Source: Candidatus Saccharimonadota bacterium (GTDB lineage Bacteria > Patescibacteriota > Saccharimonadia > Saccharimonadales > Saccharimonadaceae). From it: a stretch of DNA of 64,000 nucleotides. The notes under the pieces were generated by a model. The model was not told the origin of the DNA. It did not search any database and saw nothing but the letters and a program-made list of their open reading frames with translations. The position numbers were made by a program, and so were the translations under genes. The DNA is taken from positions 26,991-90,990 of the forward strand of contig JAFWIX010000005.1 in the NCBI GenBank assembly GCA_017514665.1, read 5' to 3'. Within the stretch, counting starts at the first letter, position 1, and each line of letters starts with the position of its first letter. Shown piece after piece: positions 43,365 to 50,772 of the stretch.

Positions 43365-45746
43365 CTACTCATCCATTTTGGAGATCAACCCTGCTCTTTT
43401 AAAAGCATTGCCAAGATTGCCGAAATGTTTATAATACGTACCTGCGCTAGGCATGTCTGAATCCTGGGTTATGTCTTTCAAAGTTGGAACTCTGCCAAGT
43501 TTTTCAGCTTTAGCCTTTAATATTCTTAATAGTTCATCATCCGACACCCCCTTCTGACAAGCTGGCGCGACAAACACTCTAGCCGCCTTCAAAGCCTCAT
43601 TAAATGATCCAAATTCCGTTCTTAAAAAATAAGAACTTGGCATAGTCGGATCGTTATCCATATCCCTCTTAGTAGGAGCTTTGCCTAGTTGTTGCGTCTT
43701 TAGTCTTATTGAATTGATTAATTCGCTCCTTGAGGGACGAACTGATACTTTCTTTTTTGGCTTTCTTCCGTCTCTCTTTTCTATGACGTCCAACCTTTTT
43801 TTAATAGTGGCTAAGTTGAATAGTCTTGCAGGAGAATTGGGGTTACTATAGTTTGCAACAACAAACCTACAAAGTTCCTCATCATCAATAGGTAACCCAA
43901 GTTCTTGGTAAATTGCTAATGCCTTTTTATTGTTCATCGGCATTGGCTGTTCTACCGGAAGGTCAGCATACAATAATGCTGTTTGTAAATTTCCAAAAAT
44001 ATTTCTTATAGAAACCATGCCGGGAATATTTTTACCCTCACGTTTTCCTAACCTAATATCTTTTTGTCTAATTGGCCTATCGAGCTCTTCGTAAAATTTC
44101 TTTAAAGCACCTGGAATATTTTCTTTATCCCAAATTCTTACCCCATTCGGAAGCTGTTCATTACTTGGGTATATGCCTCGTCTCGCTAAAGCTTCTCGTA
44201 TTCCGCCAAAATGTAGTTGGTAATACTGCTGTGTAGGCATACCGACGCCTGACGTATTAATTTCGTTGTAACTCGGGACTCGACCAAGTCGATGAAATAG
44301 GCTCGCCAACAAATCAAGCGCTTCGTCTTCCGGAAAGCCCCTAGAACGATGCGTATAGTTGTTCCAATAATCCATACATCCTGCCAACATAGCAACGTTT
44401 CGCAAACTTCCAAAACGTTTACGGTACTCAGCACCAGGATGATATTTGAAATCGTCCTGGCCAGGAAAATGCCCCAATTCTTCACATTCTTTACAAAAAT
44501 CCTGAATCAACACTTCATCTGGAATAAAATGGGTATAATTTTTAGCCTCTTCAATCAGCTCGACAATATCCACCTTCCTTTCTTTAAACTTCGGCGTATC
44601 AATATCCAACGTAAACTTTTCACGCTGTTTTGCTGGTGCTCCCTTAGGCGTATTAACGCACCCTTTAAATTCATGTTCCAAATCAAAGATTTGTTCCAAT
44701 CGTTCGGCGGTTGCCACAAAATCAAGTACCAAAACCTTGTCTTTACCCTCAGCTAAACGCAACCCCCGCCCTAGCTGTTGATAAAACACAATTCTTGATT
44801 GCGTCACTCTCAAGAACACAATTACGTCGGTTCGCGGAATATCAATCCCTTCGTTCAACATATTCACCGAACAAACCGTCTTGATTTTTCCTGTGCGGAA
44901 TCCGTCAAGCCGCTCTTTGATGGCATAATCCGGCAACTGCGAATGAATCACTGCTGCATCGCCCATCAACTCTGCAAAATGCTCCGCATGTTCAATGGTT
45001 TGACAGAAAATAGTTGTCGTCGGGTTATCCTTTTCGGCGCTTCGCTCACGAATCAATCGAATAATTTCTTCATCCCGTTTTGGAATAAAAACTTCTCGAT
45101 TTAATTGCGCAGCTGATACTGATTTCTTAGAATTCAGAAACGTCTCCAGATTTTCTAGTTCATCCAGCTCCAACCGATAATCAATTTCCGACAACCAACC
45201 ATCATTTACTGCCGACACCAAATCGTATTCAAACACCGTCTCTCCAAAAACCTCGGAAAGATCCGCGTCGTCCATCCGGTCTGGCGTCGCCGTCATACCC
45301 AACAAAAATTCTGGTCGAAAATGTTCTATTGCTTTTCGGTAAGTTCTCGCTGGCGCATGATGTGCTTCATCCACTATTACGTAACAAAACTCATCTGAAA
45401 CAAATTTCTCACTATGCAAATTCACAGATTGCAAATTCGCAAATAAAAAATCCGTCCATTCTTCCGCTTTTTCGGCACCATTGTACATTCCGTAGCTATA
45501 ATTGTCGCCAAAGATTACCTTAAAGGTCTCCTTGGTCTGACTCAAAATCGCCGCCGAATGACACAACACCAACACTCGTTCACCTTCATGGGTTTGCAAA
45601 AACTCTCGAATATCAAACGTCGCGGTTAGAGTTTTGCCCAGTCCAGACGCCATCACAACCAAGGCTTTATTTGTGCCTTGCTCTCTAACTTCTGCAAGTT
45701 TTTCTAGGCATTCCTCTTGATAATTTCTCGGTTTATAAGCGTTCAC
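43365..45746 (-). CDS. SF2 (DEAH, ResIII-like) helicase fused to tandem homing-endonuclease-associated repeats
   Basis: MASGLGKT, VDEAHH, GMTATP, QQLGRGLR; C-terminal repeats of ExL...LGxxP..D......Y...FG....A..AG; GTG start with SD GAGGGGG. Confidence 0.85.
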   Translation of the reverse strand: MNAYKPRNYQEECLEKLAEVREQGTNKALVVMASGLGKTLTATFDIREFLQTHEGERVLVLCHSAAILSQTKETFKVIFGDNYSYGMYNGAEKAEEWTDFLFANLQSVNLHSEKFVSDEFCYVIVDEAHHAPARTYRKAIEHFRPEFLLGMTATPDRMDDADLSEVFGETVFEYDLVSAVNDGWLSEIDYRLELDELENLETFLNSKKSVSAAQLNREVFIPKRDEEIIRLIRERSAEKDNPTTTIFCQTIEHAEHFAELMGDAAVIHSQLPDYAIKERLDGFRTGKIKTVCSVNMLNEGIDIPRTDVIVFLRVTQSRIVFYQQLGRGLRLAEGKDKVLVLDFVATAERLEQIFDLEHEFKGCVNTPKGAPAKQREKFTLDIDTPKFKERKVDIVELIEEAKNYTHFIPDEVLIQDFCKECEELGHFPGQDDFKYHPGAEYRKRFGSLRNVAMLAGCMDYWNNYTHRSRGFPEDEALDLLASLFHRLGRVPSYNEINTSGVGMPTQQYYQLHFGGIREALARRGIYPSNEQLPNGVRIWDKENIPGALKKFYEELDRPIRQKDIRLGKREGKNIPGMVSIRNIFGNLQTALLYADLPVEQPMPMNNKKALAIYQELGLPIDDEELCRFVVANYSNPNSPARLFNLATIKKRLDVIEKRDGRKPKKKVSVRPSRSELINSIRLKTQQLGKAPTKRDMDNDPTMPSSYFLRTEFGSFNEALKAARVFVAPACQKGVSDDELLRILKAKAEKLGRVPTLKDITQDSDMPSAGTYYKHFGNLGNAFKRAGLISKMDE

Positions 45747-45858
45747 TTTTATCCCCCCTCTGAAAAATTAATGTACTCAGACTAATTATTGATTAAAACT
45801 ATAACTCTCTGTTCCTTAACTATATCATAAAATAGCCAAAAAGTCAATGGACAACCTC

Positions 45859-46770
45859 TTATGCCAGACCCCATTGGTTCATCCCCAGCGCCCTAATCTG
45901 CCCCTTAATTTCGAGCATCGTCACCGCTTGATTGAACTCTGCCACATCAATGTCGAGTGTCTTTATAATTTCTTCACCATCCCTGACGCCCTGATTTATT
46001 ACCCGTAAAATTGCCGTTTCCAACTCCGTATCACCCATCAATAGTTTCTTTTGCCGTTTTTTCGCACCAGGGAAGAGTAACGACGTTACATCATCCAGAC
46101 AAGTGTATGGCATTGCCCCCTGACGAATTAACCGATTACACCCCATCGACACCGGTCTTGTAATATCGCCCGGCACCGCCAATAAATCTCGCCCCTGTTC
46201 TAGGGCGTGCATTGCGGTATTTAAAGCCCCACTTTTCATCGCCGCTTCTACTATTACTACCACATCTGCTAGTCCCGAAATCAACCGATTACGCTCGAGA
46301 AAACTCACTTTATGTAATACTTGTGCATTTTGGGCATATTCACTCATAATGCAACCATTCTTGGCTAAAATTTCCTCGGCCAATTTAATATTGCCTCTTG
46401 GATGAATTTGGTCAATCGGTGTTCCCAATACCGCCACTGTTACGCCATTCGCCGCCACCGCACCATGATGCGCTGCCGCATCTATACCATATGCCAAACC
46501 CGAAATCACTATCACTCCCATTCGTGCTAATTCGTAAGCTAATTGATACGCCACCTCTTCACCATATTTCGTACAATGCCTAGAGCCCACTATTGCTACA
46601 CATTTCGGCCGTCTGTCAAACCCATTCAAAACCACATTTTCCGGCATTTTTCCATAGAAATACAACATTTTAGGCTTAACCGCAATAGAGTTTAACACCT
46701 CTGTAAAATTACCCTCTTGGGGTAGAATATGGTTGATTTTTTGAAAAAAGTGTGAAAAAAGTGTTGACAT
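45859..46770 (-). CDS. dprA: DNA processing protein DprA
   Basis: VAIVGSR, ISGLAYGIDAAAH, FLERNRLISGL, SGALNTA; SD AGGAG. Confidence 0.94.
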   Translation of the reverse strand: MSTLFSHFFQKINHILPQEGNFTEVLNSIAVKPKMLYFYGKMPENVVLNGFDRRPKCVAIVGSRHCTKYGEEVAYQLAYELARMGVIVISGLAYGIDAAAHHGAVAANGVTVAVLGTPIDQIHPRGNIKLAEEILAKNGCIMSEYAQNAQVLHKVSFLERNRLISGLADVVVIVEAAMKSGALNTAMHALEQGRDLLAVPGDITRPVSMGCNRLIRQGAMPYTCLDDVTSLLFPGAKKRQKKLLMGDTELETAILRVINQGVRDGEEIIKTLDIDVAEFNQAVTMLEIKGQIRALGMNQWGLA

Positions 46771-46792
46771 TTTATCTCCTGTGTGCTATAAT
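46764..46792 (+). promoter_or_regulatory. Perfect consensus sigma70 promoter driving a non-coding transcript
   Basis: TTGACA-17-TATAAT with extended TG; no ORF follows. Confidence 0.8.
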
Positions 46793-46799
46793 TTTACTT

Positions 46800-47073
46800 A
46801 GATGGGGTCCTAGACCTCATACCGCACCTCAAAAACTTTTTAATCTTTACAGATTGCGTGTTTTTAAAGTTCCTCCTTTTACTTCTTATTTTTAAAAAGT
46901 ATTACCTCCACTTTTTATCAAAGGTCTAAAACTTTAAAAACATAGCAATCCCTATAACCGGCGGACCCCGGATGTGTGAGGTGGGTCGCGCTCCGGAGTA
47001 TCCGGTGTCGCTAGGCGATGTGTTGTAGGGTAAAAAAACCCTAGGTGATGCCCACCCTTACCTAGGGTTTTTT
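46800..47073 (+). ncRNA. Candidate structured sRNA (6S-like long hairpin plus 3' stems)
   Basis: GGGGTCC(46804)/GGACCCC(46963) closing stem; 12-bp GTTTTTAAAGTT/AACTTTAAAAAC inner stem; ends at a terminator. Confidence 0.55.
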
Positions 47074-47170
47074 GATGCTTGGTTTTTAAACCAAACTCTG
47101 TTCAGTAAGAAACAGAAGGAGGAGTTTAAGGTACGATCGCCCCTAAAGTGCCCCTGTTAGACGCGATACG
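47032..47170 (-). ncRNA. Candidate ~140-nt sRNA convergent with the plus-strand sRNA
   Basis: TGATATAAT -10 at 47184-47176; hairpins ATCGC/GCGAT and AAACTC..GAGTTT; shares the terminator. Confidence 0.45.
47033..47073. terminator. Bidirectional intrinsic terminator
   Basis: Perfect 14-bp palindrome AAAAAACCCTAGGT / ACCTAGGGTTTTTT. Confidence 0.85.
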
Positions 47171-47263
47171 CCGCCATTATATCACACGCGTCAACCAGAA
47201 CCAAGCACTAGCTTGATATTTTTATTTTTTGCCAAAAAATCTTTTTCGTGTTATTTTATAACT

Positions 47264-49552
47264 ATGCCAAAAAATCTCGTCATCGTCGAGTCTCCTGCCA
47301 AAGCTAAGACTATTGAAAAATATCTTGGCGCTGATTTTAAAGTTTTATCATCGGTAGGGCACATTCGCAAGGACACAAAAATCGACCCTAAGCACGATTT
47401 TGCCGTTACTTACGAAATCGACCCCGATCATGCCAAAATTGTTTCTGAACTCAAAAAAGCCGTCAAATCCGCCAAGACTGTCTGGCTCGCTACCGATGAA
47501 GACCGCGAGGGGGAATCAATCTCTTGGCATCTAAGCGAAGTGTTAAATCTACCAAAAAACACTCATCGTATCACTTTTCATGAAATTACTGAGCCTGCGC
47601 TCGAGGAAGCCATCAAACACCCTCGTACCATCGATCAATTCATGGTTGAAAGTCAACAGGCTCGCCAGTCTCTAGATATGTTAGTGGGTTATGATTTATC
47701 TGGCGTAATTCGCAAAAAAGTCCCTGGCGCCAAGTCGGCTGGTCGCGTTCAATCACCCGCCGTCAAATTAGTAGTTGAAAAAGAACGCGAAATTGAGAAA
47801 TTTGATAAAACTTTTAATTTCAAAATCACCGGTGAGTTTGACAATTTTACTGCTACCGCCGAAACCACACCAGATACCGCCGAAGAGGTTAAGGCACTTT
47901 TTGAGAGCCTCAAAGATGCCAAATTCACAGTCACTAAAATTGAAAAAACTGAAAGTACCAAAGCCAATCCTATTCCTCTCACCACTGCTGCTATGCAAAT
48001 TGAGGCTAGCAATAAACTTGGTTTTTCTGCTAGCACCACTATGCGCGCCGCTCAGGCTCTTTACCAAGCCGGTTTGATTACTTATCACCGCACTGACTCT
48101 CTGAATCTTAGCAATCAAGCTATCGCTAGCATGGCTAATTATATCGAAAAGTCATTCGGCAAGAATTATCTCAAGACTCGTCATTTCAAAACCAAATCCG
48201 CTAGCGCTCAAGAAGCTCATGAGGCCATTCGCCCCACCGATATTACCCGCAACACCGCCGGCAAAAATGATTTTGAGAAAAAACTTTATCATCTCATCTG
48301 GTCACGCACTCTCGCCACACAAATGGCCAACGCCCGCATCGCGAGAACTACTATTTCACTCACTGCGACAAAAACGTTTGCATTTATCGCTAAAGGTGAA
48401 ATAGTTATCTTTGACGGTTTTCTCAAAGTTTATGGTAAGAGTAAGGACACTGAGCTGCCAGAATTAAAAAAAGGCGACGTGCTGACACCAAACGCCATTA
48501 TTGCACATCAAACCTTTGCCAAACCCCCCGCTCGTTATACTGAAGGCTCGCTTGTTAAAAAGCTCGAGGAGCTCGGCATCGGCCGCCCTAGTACTTATGC
48601 TGGTATTTTATCTGCTATCCAGGCACGCAATTACGTCCATAAAGGTGAAGGCGAGGGACGCGAGCGCAAAGTTATCGAAATCAAACTCGAAAATCATAAA
48701 ATCACCGAGTCTAAAGTCCCTGAAAAGGCTGGCGCTACCAAAGGCAAACTCTTGCCCACGCCAATTGGCGAATTAATCAGTGATTTTCTCGATAAACACT
48801 TTACTGATATTGTCGATTACGGTTTCACCGCCGATATTGAAAAACAGTTAGACCTCATTGCCGAACAAAAACTCGGCCGTGTTGAGATGCTAAAAAAATT
48901 CTATGGTCCATTCGAAAAATCCGTTGCTGCTTCCGATAACGCCGAACGCTTCAACGGCGCCATCAAACTTGGTGATGATCCCAAGACCAAAGAACCAATC
49001 TATGCCAAAATCGGCAAAAATGGTGGCTTTATCCAACTTGGCGACAACGAAAAAGAAACCGGCAAGAAACCGCGCTTTGCGCCACTTCCCAACGACGAAA
49101 CCATCAAGACTGTCACCCTAGAGCAAGCCCTAAAACAATTGACTTTACCGGCTCTACCACGCAGTCTCGGTCAAGCCAAAGACGGCACCGAAATCATCGC
49201 CGCCGCTGGTCCCTTCGGTCCCTATATCAAAGCCGGCAAATACAATATCCCGATTAAAGATTACGACCCTTATACTATCTCGCTCAAAGATGCTGAACTA
49301 ATTTATCAAAAGAAAATTGATTCTATCATTGCCGATTGGGGCGATATTATGATTATCAATGGCGCTTATGGGCCATATATCAAAGGTCCTGGTCGTCGCA
49401 ACAACCTGCGTATTGGCAAAGACGAAGATCCTAAGAAAATTACTAAAGAAGAAGCTGAAAAACGTCTCAAAAACAAGAAAAATACACCTACGCGTCGCGG
49501 CAAACGTGGTGCCAAAAAGGCCAGAAAATCCAAAAAATCTACCACAAAATAG
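47264..49552 (+). CDS. topA: DNA topoisomerase I
   Basis: LVIVESPAKAKTI, LATDEDREGE, AGRVQS, ITYHRTDS; basic C-terminal tail; start MPKNL at 47264. Confidence 0.96.
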   Translation: MPKNLVIVESPAKAKTIEKYLGADFKVLSSVGHIRKDTKIDPKHDFAVTYEIDPDHAKIVSELKKAVKSAKTVWLATDEDREGESISWHLSEVLNLPKNTHRITFHEITEPALEEAIKHPRTIDQFMVESQQARQSLDMLVGYDLSGVIRKKVPGAKSAGRVQSPAVKLVVEKEREIEKFDKTFNFKITGEFDNFTATAETTPDTAEEVKALFESLKDAKFTVTKIEKTESTKANPIPLTTAAMQIEASNKLGFSASTTMRAAQALYQAGLITYHRTDSLNLSNQAIASMANYIEKSFGKNYLKTRHFKTKSASAQEAHEAIRPTDITRNTAGKNDFEKKLYHLIWSRTLATQMANARIARTTISLTATKTFAFIAKGEIVIFDGFLKVYGKSKDTELPELKKGDVLTPNAIIAHQTFAKPPARYTEGSLVKKLEELGIGRPSTYAGILSAIQARNYVHKGEGEGRERKVIEIKLENHKITESKVPEKAGATKGKLLPTPIGELISDFLDKHFTDIVDYGFTADIEKQLDLIAEQKLGRVEMLKKFYGPFEKSVAASDNAERFNGAIKLGDDPKTKEPIYAKIGKNGGFIQLGDNEKETGKKPRFAPLPNDETIKTVTLEQALKQLTLPALPRSLGQAKDGTEIIAAAGPFGPYIKAGKYNIPIKDYDPYTISLKDAELIYQKKIDSIIADWGDIMIINGAYGPYIKGPGRRNNLRIGKDEDPKKITKEEAEKRLKNKKNTPTRRGKRGAKKARKSKKSTTK

Positions 49553-49719
49553 GCTTTTTTAACATTAGCACTATATTTTTTACCACAAATGTCAAAAATA
49601 TGATAAAATAAGAGTAGAAAAAGTAGATTTTTAGTTGACATTAAACAAAAAATATGCTATTATAAAATCTAAGTTTTTTACAATATTAACCATAAATTTG
49701 GTGGAATAAAGGAATTAGG

Positions 49720-50754
49720 ATGACCGCAAGCAAAAACGAAGAAATCATCAAACAAGCCATCGACGGCAGTCTGGGCATCATTGAACAAGAACGCGAGCGC
49801 GAAATTATCTCTCGTCGTTTCGGCCTTTTTGGCCCCAAAGAAACCCTAGAGCAAATCGGTGAAAGCTTGATGATTACCAGAGAGCGTGTTCGTCAGCTCG
49901 AAAAAGCTATTCTGATTCATCTCCGCATCGCCGCCGAAGATGGTAATATTCCTGGCATTGCTGCAGTTGAAAAGTTAATCATTCGCAATCTCACCGAAAC
50001 TGGTCGCGTTGCTCGTATTACCGACCTGAGCGACAAAATTTATGGTCGTCCTGCTACCGCTATTGAAAAAGCTAACATCACTTTTATTAGCAACATTTCT
50101 GCCGCACTGACTCCATTTAACGAAAACGACAGTTACCACCTAGCTACTGGCATCGCCGAATATGGTGACGAACGCGTTTTGCGTTCCAAGGTTGATGAAA
50201 TCGTCAAAGTGATTAAAGAAAACAAAACTTCCATGACACTTGACGAGCTCGATGAAAAACTTGACTACGCTCACCCTAGCTATATCGCCGCCATAGCTTC
50301 ACTTTCCAAAAAGCTCGCTACTTTGAACGGTCTCTGGGGTCTCGCCAAATGGCCAGAAGTCAATCCCCGCAATATTCGTGACAAAATTTACGTCATTCTT
50401 GAAAGCAACAAAGAACCAATGCATTTCAATGACATTGCTAAGGCCATTGCTGCCTCTGATTTTAAACGCAAAAATGTCACTACTCAAGCCATTCATAATG
50501 AATTAATCAAAGATAAACGCTTCATTTTAATCGGTCGTGGCATCTATGCATTAGACAGCTGGGGGTACAAAAAGGGAACCGTAGCCGAAATTATTTCTAG
50601 TGTATTAGGCGAAGCCAAAGATCCACTCACCAGAGAAGAAATCGTCAAACGCGTCCTTAAAACCCGTAAAGTCAAAGAATCCACCGTCTTGCTTAACCTC
50701 CAAGATAAGAAGTTGTTTAAAAAAGTCGATAAAAACAGTTATACATTAGCATAA
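49720..50754 (+). CDS. Sigma70 region-4 HTH + C-terminal winged-helix (HARE-HTH-like) protein
   Basis: RRFGL..ETLEQIGESLMITRERVRQLE region 4; no region 2; IHNELIKDKRFILIGRGIYAL. Confidence 0.75.
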   Translation: MTASKNEEIIKQAIDGSLGIIEQEREREIISRRFGLFGPKETLEQIGESLMITRERVRQLEKAILIHLRIAAEDGNIPGIAAVEKLIIRNLTETGRVARITDLSDKIYGRPATAIEKANITFISNISAALTPFNENDSYHLATGIAEYGDERVLRSKVDEIVKVIKENKTSMTLDELDEKLDYAHPSYIAAIASLSKKLATLNGLWGLAKWPEVNPRNIRDKIYVILESNKEPMHFNDIAKAIAASDFKRKNVTTQAIHNELIKDKRFILIGRGIYALDSWGYKKGTVAEIISSVLGEAKDPLTREEIVKRVLKTRKVKESTVLLNLQDKKLFKKVDKNSYTLA

Positions 50755-50772
50755 ATATGCTAAAATAGAATT

